Assembly: GCF_036971445.1 (NCBI RefSeq)
Contig: NC_091478.1
Location: 63,116,001 to 63,180,000, forward strand
DNA: 64,000 bases
Reading direction: 5' to 3'
Source of the DNA: Narcine bancroftii
Taxonomy: Eukaryota
In this document: positions 53,642-64,000 of the stretch, in pieces
How positions within the stretch are numbered: position 1 is the first letter of the stretch
Layout: each line of letters begins with the position of its first letter
Program-made: the position numbers and the translations under genes
The notes under the pieces: model-generated
The model's input: the letters and a program-made list of their open reading frames with translations, nothing else
Told to the model about the DNA's origin: nothing
Database searches by the model: none

Positions 53642-55080
53642 CTGTGGAAAAAGTTTTTAAAAAATGGTTACATTTGGTCTTTAAAGTTGGATACACGTAA
53701 ACTGATAGATTTCTCTGGATTTCATTTAAAAGTAGTAATATTTCTGATACTTAATTTCTCCTTTCTCCTATTAATTAATAGCAACTATTCTTTGGTGTTT
53801 ATGAATAACAGAACTTTATTTGCATAATAAATAAACAGAACCACATACAAAAATGCAATGATACTGTCCTATTGGGCAAATGTGTTCTCTATTCTATGCC
53901 ATAAAGGTCTGCTTTGGTATAAAATTAAAAACTGACACAAACCAACGTAATGATGATGAGCCCAAATTGAATCTGAGCAAATTTCTTTTCCCTAATACCA
54001 CATTTAAGGACACTTCCTCATCCATTTGCTAAAAAGGGGAATATGGGTGGCCCAACACTATTATTAGTGCCAGCAACATGGGGTTGAATCCAGCATGGTC
54101 TCTAAGGAGTTTGCATGTTCCCCCCGAACATATGGGGATTGTATGTGAATTGGTGTTTTTTTCTGGGGGGGGGGCACAGGTTTGTGGGCCGGAAGGGTCT
54201 GTTACCGTGCTGCATGCCTAAATTTAAAATGTAAAGCTGGACAAACAATGCTAGCGTGCGTACATTAAAGTAAATAGCCTGACCATGGTTGGTACAGAAT
54301 GGCATGTCCGGATTTGAACCAAATGTTTTATTTAAGATTCTTTTATTATCATGTAATAAAACAGAAAATGTAATATTACACAAAATTTCTTTTAGTCTGT
54401 AGAAAGGCAGAAAAAAAAATTAGTATTACCTGGTGCCCCTTTCAGAAAGAGAATCCCTTCAGAGTCATCGAGTGTCCATAGATTTGCCTCCAACAGGCCG
54501 CATCCTCTGTAGCCTGTTCTACCAGTTGGTAACCTGAGCTCCAAATCCAAACCTTTGATACAATTAGGAAGCCTTCAGGGCTAAAGGCTCTTCAGGAGCC
54601 CTTCTTGCCTTCAGCACCCTCTCAAATCCCAGTTCCAATACCTGGTTCCCATGATCCAATCTACAGCAACCTGCAGCCTACTTGGGTTTTTCAACTGCAA
54701 GTTGACCACTGCCTGCCTGAAGCCGGTGTGGGTCCTTCTGCTGCTGAGGCCCTCGTTGGTGTGCCGCCATGGTCACTGTCCTGCAGGGTTATCTCCTATG
54801 CTACTCCTTTTCAACAGGAGATGTTTCTCCCCATTTCTGGTGCCCTGCACTAGTCTGCTGCTCCCCTAGAGTCCACAACCCCTTCAGGCCACTGCGAGCA
54901 CAAGCAACCCTCTCCCCCCAGTTTGGGCACAGGATTTTAAATAAAAACACTTTTGACTCCTTTAACAGGTCATTTAAAGCCTAAATGGAGGCTTCGACAT
55001 TAGGACTGGGCCATTGCACCCTGCAGAGGAGCACTGTTTCTCCACTCCCTGCTCTCCCTGGGTCTGCACCAGGGAGAGAT

Positions 55081-55540
55081 CAGTGTCAGATTTAGACTTG
55101 GTGAGGCCCCAAATAATAGAAAGCTTGGAGGCCCCTTTTTAAAAAATTATGCCAGATGTCACAAAACCTGAAAGCATATACAGTATGTCTCTTAATTATT
55201 TGGCCTGAAATTAAATATAAAATTCGGAAGATACAAAGCGGAAAAATATAAAATAAAAGCAAAGCTCCAAATAGAAAATTTTTGCAAGGATGAAACANNN
55301 NNNNNNNNNNNNNNNNNNNNNNNNNNNNNNNNNNNNNNNNNNNNNNNNNNNNNNNNNNNNNNNNNNNNNNNNNNNNNNNNNNNNNNNNNNNNNNNNNNNN
55401 NNNNNNNNNNNNNNNNNNNNNNNNNNNNNNTAAAATTTTAAAAGTTCCTCTCCCCAAAAAATACAATTTATTTTGAGGTCTGTGCAGATTGTGAGGCCCT
55501 AAACTGTAGCTCGTTTACCTTACGCCTAAATCCAACACTG
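55081..55540. mobile_element. MITE-like element spanning the assembly gap
   Basis: Imperfect 15-bp TIRs CAGTGTCAGATTTAG / CTAAATCCAACACTG. No clear TSD. Confidence 0.55.
55298..55430. other. Assembly gap (133 N)
   Basis: Run of N. Confidence 1.
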
Positions 55541-58500
55541 GGCAGCACTGACATTACTGCAGCCTCTGGCAGCGCTGCCACATTTTTAAAAATACTTTAT
55601 GTACCAAATCCAAAATTAAAGTATTTATTTACTATTATTTTTCTTAAGTATCACCACTTGGCTCATTAACTTAATAAGGAAAATTCCCAACAGAAGAGTT
55701 TCAGCAGATCAAGAATGCAGATGTCAATTACTAAAATGTTCAGAAAGTTGTGCAGCCCGAATTCTAATGATGCCTTTTTGCCCTTGAATACCTTGTGTTC
55801 CCTTTGTGAAATTAAATACAAAATATATATTTTAAAGCAGGCAGCTACCATTCTCCATAAAACATTTGCCTGTTGTCATGTAAAAGTCACCTCTCTGTTA
55901 AAGGAAAATTTGTTCTGTGTTAAAAATTGCCTGGCAGCATTAAAATTTAAAGCAAGTCTCTATGAAGTGTAATGTGTGACAAAACACATGAATGGGCTTT
56001 TATGGTATCAGAGAAGGATTAAGAACAGCAGGAACATTGGGACACCAATCCATCTTTTACTTCAGTCAAGTAACATTCGTGCACTATGGTTAATGCTCCA
56101 GATGGAACTGGCATCTCAGCTCAAGTCCATAGATTGCAAGTCTAATAACTTAGAACCAAGAATGTTACTATAAGCAAATTGACAGGCTCTACATTCAACT
56201 TAAACTATTCTTTGTGCATAATAAAAATGTACTATTGAATTAAGAGGTTTCATAATATTGAAATTCAAAATGCAAGCTGTAGAATTATATAGTAATTGTT
56301 AATGGGGGAAAATTACTATAAGGACCAATCCAATTATGAGTCTTTACTCACATGAATGCAGGTTTTTATTCCAAACACAGACCAATGCCCTTTGCTTATA
56401 AAACCCATTTTGTTAATTCCACGCTTCCTCCCCATCAAACCCATTAGAGGGGTTGTGTAAGTGTGGTCTCTTTCTTTTAATGATTCATTCCATTATTCTC
56501 CTGAATTCACTAATGATTAATAAAGCATATAGAATTCAATCAAATCAATTAATTTAAAGCATTGAATATTATTAAGGGGTAGAAGGTTTTGATGGAAAAT
56601 GCAGAGGAATAGAAATTTTTCCAATAATAATTATAATGATATTAAGTTTATTGTCATGTACATTGTACAATGCGCATAGGCACCAAAATTCTTACTGTAG
56701 CCAAACAGGTGCCCTTCATTTTTAAAAGTATACATTAAATCAAAAATAGAGAAAATATATGAAGAAATAAATGGATAGATTGTCATTTGAATATAGACCC
56801 AGTCAATTCATTTCTGTTAAAACAGTAACCTGAAGAAAATAGTTTGAATAAAATATGTCACATCCCTTTCATTAACAAGAGCTATTTAACCTCAAGCCAG
56901 AGAAAAAATTTTTTTAAATGCACCAAAACATCCCAGCCCATTTTAGAAATGGGAAACTGTTTGGAAAGGTGCTAGAAATTAACCATGATTTTATGGAATC
57001 ATAAAATGCAAGTATATACACCAGAGCCGTCACCTAAAGAACCGATTCAAACGGTCATTAAAATTCCGGGGGGGGGGGGGTGTCCAGAGATTAGATTTTT
57101 AATCATTTACAGAATTGTTCCTCTGAAGAGTCGAGATTTGAAACAAAATCAAGGTAAATATTTGGATTCGGATCAGTTTGGTAAATGAGAAGGGAATGAG
57201 GCATGTTTCAGTATTTTTAAAACTTTTTTTCATTTTAATATTTAACTATTAAATCTTTCATTTAGAATGGGATTAATATTTCTGGCATCAAAGAGTTTAG
57301 ATTTGGGACTAATCAAATAAAAATAGAGGAAAGGAACTTGAGCCTGCAAAACAGTTGTCGCCAATAGCCTTCACTTTGGAATAACGGACCCCTGAAACAC
57401 AACACATCGATTTTTTTTTAAACGTGGAATTGTTAAATTTGTTCCATTTTTTAATCCTCGCATCTCGCGGGTTGGCTTTGAAATCTGTATTGTCCATGGC
57501 TCTCAAATATTTTTAATAAAGTAACCCTAAAGGGATAATGGTTTGATTCATAATATTTATGTGTGACACGGGAGAACGAAATACTGGCTATCAATGGAAA
57601 TAAAACTCAAGGGTGATGCAAATATGCAATTTGATGCTTCTTGCAAAATTCTGCAGTTAAAATTTATCTGAAACAGTCAAACTACCAACAAAAACAACCT
57701 GCTGCTGTGGAGGGGTGGGGGACTGTCTACATTATTGCTACATTTTTTGTACTAGAATAACTGAATACTTATTGTCTTTACTGTGGATTTATTGATTGTA
57801 TTTCGATTAAGCATTCAGTATGCAGATGTTTTTAGTTGTTTGGTAGTTTTTTTTTAAAAAACTGCCTGTTCAGCTACAGCAAGGACGAATTTCGTGCACA
57901 GTACATTGCATATAGTAATAAACTCATTATGAACTTAGTGCAAAGTACTGATTCGGCATTAAAAATAAACGCTTTAAAGGAAGCAGGAATACGATCAGTA
58001 GCGACTGTGCAAATTAATGAATAGTCTCTCATATGTTTCTTGCCAATCTGACAAGAGACAACGGATAGTATTTCAGACGAAGCCACGACTTTATTCCCTT
58101 TTCCACGAATGATTCTACTGACTCACCGTCTGGAAGTACATTCCGGGGGAAAACCAATGCGTGTCTGTGCTGAGAAAAACCCTACCCCAGGCTGCCGAAC
58201 AGTGAGCTTCACTCACCTGTGAAGTAAACCCATCTACAGTATTCAAAAACGGAGAGAGATATACACACACCCTCAGCTCAGTTTCATCTGCCTTCAATTT
58301 ATCTGGGAACTTTTCCCAAATGCATTCTGAATGTAATTCTTTTTCTATCTGCAAAATGCTGGCACCAACTTAATGCCGACGGCAATAATTAATGTCGCAT
58401 GGCAAGTTCATGCGGGGGGTGGTGGGAAATAGTTGAATAACAAAAAAATAAAAGCTGGACAAAAATATCCAATCGGGTACAATTCTGATGAACACTTGGC

Positions 58501-59041
58501 CACCATTCTGCTCCCCAGCCCAAAGACTTGCAGGATTTAAACGGTGAAAGATAACTGATCATTAAATCGGAACATTGTGCTCTAATGCACGTTTGTGAAA
58601 ACTGGGAGGGGGGGTGGGGATTAGCAATGTCACCGGACGGGGATAGATTGATACTGGGAAATGTTTAATATATTTTACCTTGAGGTTTTGTAATAACAAA
58701 AGTGCAGCACATTTCGAAATATTTTATATGGGTCCAATTTATTTCGAAATATACCTGAGGCTGCCGCGCAGAATTGGATCGTTCCTTCTCCAAATTTCCC
58801 CACAATTGATTGAACAAGAGCCATGCTCCAGTATCTGGGAAAGTTGTACCAACGTTCCCTCGAAATCCCCGTCACTCCTCAACGCTCTGCCCAGCAATCA
58901 TCGTTCTTTACGTGCGTTAAGCAAGAAGTGTTTTATCGGAGCCGTTTCTTCGCTCATTCCATCCCGCTCTCTCCATCGCATTGCTCCCGCATCCCACCGG
59001 GCTGGGTCCCGTTTCTAAACATGCCGAGAATAATCACTCAC

Positions 59042-59353
59042 CCATAACGATGAGATTTGTGCCTGTTCCATTTCCAGTCACTTCACCCTCCGCTCTGCAG
59101 TAATAGATTCCGGCATCTCCGAACCTCACCTTCTCAAGCAGAAACGAGCTGCTCGCTTTCGATTCCATCCGGAAAGTTTTCCTGGGGTCTTGACTCTTTT
59201 TAAAGAATTCCCGTTCTCCCCTTTTCCACCAATAGATCCTGATTTTATTTACGTGGCTGACCAGCGAAAAGAAGCATTGGAAACGTGCGTCCTGTCCCAC
59301 CAATACTTCGATTTTCTCCTGGAGTTGACTCACCTCAGAAGCCTCAGCGAGTG
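59042..59353 (-). CDS. Exon 2: Ig V-set domain with germline-fused J-like G strand (VJ type, NKp30/TCR/IgL-like)
   Basis: ALAEASEVSQLQEKIEVLVGQDARFQC...IYWWK...FGDAGIYYCRAEGEVTGNGTGTNLIVM shows the B-strand Cys, C-strand Trp, DxGxYYC and GxGTxLxV. Pyrimidine tract + AAG acceptor, G|GTGAGT donor, 312 nt. Confidence 0.93.
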
Positions 59354-59583
59354 CTTGGGGGGGAACACAGGAAAAAAAAACCAGAAATTTATTTAAGGGA
59401 GCTTCGAGACAACAACCAGTCACTCAATCAACGATGCCCTGGAAGTAGCGACTTTCCCTAATGGAGTACACACACCGAAGGAATGGATGACCTTCAAAGA
59501 AAGGAGCACAGAGCATTCAAACGTAAACTTCATTCAGTACAATTTTACATTCGTTTGCTCACTAATACCTTCTTAAAGAATAC

Positions 59584-59626
59584 CTGTGAAAAAGGCGGCC
59601 AGAATGAGGAATGTGTTCCCAAACAT
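59584..59626 (-). CDS. Exon 1: signal peptide (MFGNTFLILAAFFT+G)
   Basis: ATG at 59626 with A at -3, hydrophobic core, donor ACAG|GTATTC in phase 1, and a 230-nt intron to the V exon. The spliced leader reads MFGNTFLILAAFFTALAEA. Not in the supplied ORF track. Confidence 0.8.
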
Positions 59627-59629
59627 ACT

Positions 59630-60470
59630 TTAATTTCGCAATTGGAGAACGGCGAGACACCGGGCCCCTTGTGTTGTTTGGGAAAGGATATCGGTGGGTA
59701 AAGTACTGGTTTCTTTTGTGGGAGTAATTGTAAAAATCGAAACGAAATATCGCACTTGGAGCCTTGCGGTTTCAAGATTCAGTTGAAATCTGCAAAGCAC
59801 GTGTTCAATGCAACCATCTTTCAGAGAATTGGAAAAAAAGTCTGAAGTTGAGTTCACGTCGTGGAGGGGTCTAGATCACAAAGATGTTGGGGCGTTTCGC
59901 CGCTGCAGGTTTCCGTTCGAGTCTTTCCCCCTAATCCCGCCCTCTGCGCAGATGAAACATCCACTACCCAAAGCAAGACAAATGTACAACTCACTGTCGG
60001 CCAACACAGGATAAGGCTTTTGCACGTAATCTGAGCGGTCTTCTCCGGCCGAGGGCCACCTGAATGGCGCGTTAAAGCATCTTGGTTTTCCGCCAGACGT
60101 CTGCCCGTCATCACTGGAAGGCAATAAACGGCAATATTGAAAATAATCATCGTATCGAATGACAGAGAAAGTTTGATGGGCTGAATTTCCTCCCCCGTTC
60201 CGATCTTGAAATGTTCTTATGAAATCTGAAATAAAATGATCAGAGGAAGTAGTCGTCAAGCGGGCAGATTTGGCTCTTCATTAAAACTGTTGAAACGGGT
60301 CAGTGCCGATGAAAACTCATACATCTTCCTCCCTTTGTTTTTGCCCGGCCTGCTGAATATTACCAATTCTCCCCTTTCCCTGTTATTCACCATCGTCACC
60401 CGTGCTTCACTGCAGAGAAAGACCATTTTCGTGTTCCCTTAGTTCCCTCAACCCTTTCTAGCAGCGAGAC
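59630..60470 (-). promoter_or_regulatory. CpG-enriched putative promoter/5'UTR with an ETS/PU.1-like site
   Basis: Visibly more CpG than the flanks, AGAGGAAGT at 60242-60250, and a consensus donor GTGAGT at 59990-59995 (minus) that could end a non-coding first exon. Confidence 0.4.
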
Positions 60471-61199
60471 TGTAAATTAGTGGTTTTCAAACTGCCTCAC
60501 ATCCCACTTTAAGCCATTCCTATGCCATCAGTGTTCTGTGAGGAGTTGCTTAAGATGGTATACAAGGGGGAAAAAAAAAGTTTGAAAACACTGTTCTAAT
60601 CTTACCTCATTGACTCGTTATGTGCAAGAATTCATAACTCCAAAGGAAATGGGCCAAGGACAATTTTTCTCCAGCGAAATATTTCAGAAACAATTGAGTC
60701 TAGAGCAGTGGTTCTCAACCTTCCCTTCCCACTTGCATCCCACCTTAAGTAATCCCTTACTAATCAGAGCATTTATGGCATAGAGATTGCTTAAGGTGGA
60801 ATGCGAGTGGGTATTTTGATTCCTCAATGCTGGGGTTAACTGGCAGATGATATTGGCACCGTTCAATTACAATTTAATTTAATTAACTGGAGATGTTAAC
60901 TACTCTTTCCTGCCCCTTCCCACACATGGCTGCAACCCAGTTCTTCTTCTATCTTCTTCCAACTCACTGTTTCTTCCAAACCTTGGGGTGGTAAGGACTT
61001 TGTTGCTTTGTATCCCATCTTGTGAATGGAGAAGGAACCAACCACCGCAGGGATTGAGTGGGACAGCTGGATCGACACTCCTTCTCACTAGTCCTCAATT
61101 GTTCTCCCTCTACACCCACAAATGAACAGCCAAATTGAGAGTTTAAACTCCATCTTAAAAATCATAAAAGATGAACCACTCAACCCAACACCACTAGCA

Positions 61200-61730
61200 C
61201 GGAAGTGAAAGAATAGATCGCTTCAAGTTTCTAGGTGTGACCTGGACTAACCAAGTTGAAGCGCCAGTGTAGAAAGTACGCAAACTAGGTTCAGCATCTC
61301 CCTCATGTCACACAACTTTAAAAAGGTGCACCGTCAAAAGCACTAGAGGAATGGATGCATCACATCAAAATATGGAGCTACTCTGCCCAAGATCTGAAGA
61401 AGATACAGAAAGTAATGAATGCAGCTCAGAAAGTCACGCAAAGCTTGGTTCTTTCCATTGACTCCATCTACACCTCCCACTGCAGAGATAAGGCTGCCAA
61501 CGTAATGAAGGACCCACCTCTTTACCGTGGGGAGAACATTCAAGAGTTTGAAATGGTACACCAAACCACTTTCTTCCCTGTAGCCATCAGGCTCCTCCAT
61601 AAACATCACAACAGTGCTCTCATACTCCTCTTGCTATGTATGTACAAACTGATCTGTTTTATTGCAACTATGCTCTTCCCATGCTACTTGCATGAATGTT
61701 GACTGGCGAGACCAATTACAGAATAAAACC
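61200..61730 (+). mobile_element. Degraded Rex/Babar-like 3' fragment
   Basis: DLKKIQKVMNAAQKVT...SIDSIYTSHC...FFPVAIRLL, followed by AATAAA. Confidence 0.7.
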
Positions 61731-62347
61731 CTTCTTGTTGTACCAGGTATAATCTGACAATTAACTTGTAATCTCCATCCCATTCCTACTGACGTATCTA
61801 TCAGTGCTTCCTTCATAACATAGCCTAACATGAGTATGAGGGCTAACACTTCAACTTCAACTGGGCGTGGTACAGTCTTCTGGACTCAAAATACTAAATT
61901 CAGGTAACGTATTTTCTCTGTTTAGACAACAATTAGCCAGTTCTGCTTTATGTCACTATCTCTAATATTGAGTCAGTTTTGCTCCATAAAAATTCCAAAC
62001 CTTACTTCACCTGCTCTCCACATTCTATATCTGGGCCTTATTATATCAGTGCAGCTTTCGATGGTGTGATACGGAACCTTAAAACCTGCCACTCTCAGAA
62101 ACATTAATAATGCTCCAAACAGTTTTTCCTCATATTTATTTTAACAATGCTTGTCCTGCATGCAAACATTGATAAATCAGGTTGGTACAACAAAGCTCAA
62201 TTTTGTTTCCCAATTAAAATCTTAATACACAGCAAGGGCAACCTTACCACACCCTTTGAACTCATTTATTTATTCTAATAAAGATTTGATCCTCATCTTA
62301 GACTTTCTCCTATTTTTAATTTGTTTTGGGAAATAATCATGTTAATT

Positions 62348-62531
62348 GCTGACAAAAGGCAAAGGAGGAAAAACCCAACACCCAACCCCAACCAACCAAT
62401 TTTCCCCTGCAACCGCTGCAACCGTGTCTGCCTGTCCCGCATCGGACTTGTCAGCCAAAAACGAGCCTGCAGCTGACGTGGACATTTACCCCCTCCATAA
62501 ATCTTCGTCCGCGAAGCCAAGCCAAAGAAGA
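62348..62531 (+). mobile_element. RTE-clade LINE 3' end
   Basis: Nearly identical to 6538-6675 joined to 10722-10758, with a (GAA)n-type tail. Confidence 0.85.
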
Positions 62532-64000
62532 AACATTCAAATTATCGAAATGCTGTATCATTTGGTATCTGAAGGCAGGTTCTTAAATTCTTAGAATTTC
62601 TAGATCTCTTGCAGTCCAAAGAGTCTTTAACAATCTTTATAGTTGTTTAAGACCACACACAATTTATTTGTGACTGCAAGAAGAAAACAACAATGTAAAA
62701 TTAACTAACTTAAAGCAAAAGAGCTGTCAACAGAAAGGGTTGACTTTTCAGTATCATGGCATCTGGTGAGTACACAATAGAGATTATATTCAGATAAGGT
62801 ATCAACACCACATTGGGTATGCTAAACCATAACTGAGATCATGTTAATCCAAGCATTAAAATTATCATTGAAACTGAATTTGAAACAATATCTGTTTCAA
62901 GCTATTTTTCATAATGCATTTAAAATTTAAATTGCCATTTATTCATGAAATGTGCAGTAACCTAGTATTCAGAATTAGAAAGTCTCACTTATTTCACAAC
63001 ATTAACTGGAGTTGTGCAACAGACATTGCTTCTAAATTTAATTCAGATAAAACAAGACAATGAAATAAAGATTGAAAATTCAGCTTGGAGACAAACTTAG
63101 TAGATTAGATTATGTTATTCTTTCTACAGTCACCTTTTGGATTATTTTAGAACAAGTACATTTACAAATATGAAATAAAAATTGTGCCATGGCAAAACTT
63201 TCCACTTTTGCCATGGACAAAAAAAAGTAATGTTTTACAGAGCTTCATTCAAGCTTCAGATTCTCTCCTTAAAACTAAAAAAAATATTTTAGGGCCACGT
63301 TAATTTCATAAACCTTTCCTCACATCTAAGTTTATGATTCCTGCTTCCTTCTCTGTGAAACGTCTTTAACTGTAGTGAAACAAAACACCTGCAAAGAAAT
63401 GGCTTCAAGGGTAATTCTCATTTTAAAAATTTTAATTCTTCACAGCTGTCAATATCTCACTTGTGAACAGAAAATACCCCAACAGTTGTAAGTTAAATTT
63501 TAATCTTAATCCAAAACTTATTTGAAGATTTAGCATGAAAAAAAATTCATGTGCCATTTCATACTTACAACATTGTAAGGTGGAAGCACATAAAAAATCA
63601 TTCCAATCAAAAATATGGTCCAATTATCTCAACATTTGCAACATCAATGCAAGGCTTTAACAGCTCTGAAACTAACGATGGCTGATATTAAACATAAGCA
63701 GCAGAATCTTTTTTTAAATAAAGTCAACATCCAGATATGGAATTAATAAACAATCATTCAAAAATATATTCTGACACATTCAGATTCCCTTTACATTTGC
63801 TTGCCATGTTTCATCTTTCTCAGCATAGAATTGACACCCAAGGCTTCTCCTTTCTTCCTCCCCAGAGGAATTCAAAAACTGACAGGCATTTTTAAAAATC
63901 TCACTAAATTGTGACTCATTCTCAAAGATTAAAGAGGAAGATCAAGGTATAATCCATATATAGTTCAGGGAGATTTTGGGTTTTTAGCTGGTATTGCTCA

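Larger units (their letters stand above)
38178..59626 (-). other. Gene model: non-rearranging antigen-receptor-like Ig-superfamily membrane protein (leader-VJ-C1-TM-CYT), 5 coding exons, 316 aa
   Basis: Exons of 43+312+291+105+200 = 951 nt splice in frame through four phase-1 GT-AG introns. Spliced junctions read FFT-A-LAEASEVSQ, NLIVM-V-SPEPL, TVSSE-G-ITISF and KYK-V-RKDKF. Confidence 0.88.

Noticed and set aside
38178-59626. Calling the gene NCR3, NCR3LG1, TAPBP, SIRPA or a rearranging TCR/Ig locus
   Set aside because: NCR3 lacks C1 and has a charged TM, SIRP-alpha has two C1 domains and ITIMs, tapasin has an extra N-terminal region and a TM Lys, and no separate J segments or flanking RSS were seen. 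Orthology to B7-H6 cannot be decided without a phylogeny, so no symbol is given.
59854-60150. MIIFNIAVYCLPVMTG as the leader peptide
   Set aside because: No suitable phase-1 GT donor follows it. 59584-59626 is a better leader exon.
63300-64000. Exon-like minus-strand segments of an upstream gene
   Set aside because: Short open stretches with acceptor-like sites but no recognisable homology or consistent donor/phase structure.
1-64000. CRISPR arrays, rRNA/tRNA genes or prokaryotic systems
   Set aside because: None seen. The tRNA-like B boxes belong to SINEs and the repeats are eukaryotic transposons or microsatellites.

Overview
Vertebrate nuclear DNA. The repeat content (L1, CR1 with an esterase ORF1, Rex/Babar, RTE, HE1/V-SINE-like SINEs) suggests a cartilaginous fish, which is an inference. 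Positions ~1-30 kb are almost entirely nested, mostly decayed transposable elements, several with readable target-site duplications (TSDs). The only well-supported host gene is on the minus strand at 59626->38178. It has five coding exons, all joined by phase-1 GT-AG introns: leader 59584-59626, germline-joined VJ-type Ig V domain 59042-59353, C1-set domain 53351-53641, transmembrane 45988-46092 and cytoplasmic 38178-38377. They splice into a 951-nt ORF encoding a 316-aa type I membrane protein. The product is a non-rearranging antigen-receptor-like VJ-C1 protein with an uncharged TM and an unusual tail (C-x2-C-x13-C-x2-C, basic NLS-like cluster, no ITAM/ITIM). Its introns contain a sense-oriented L1, a Chapaev3-like DNA transposon, a Rex/Babar LINE, SINEs and a 133-N assembly gap.
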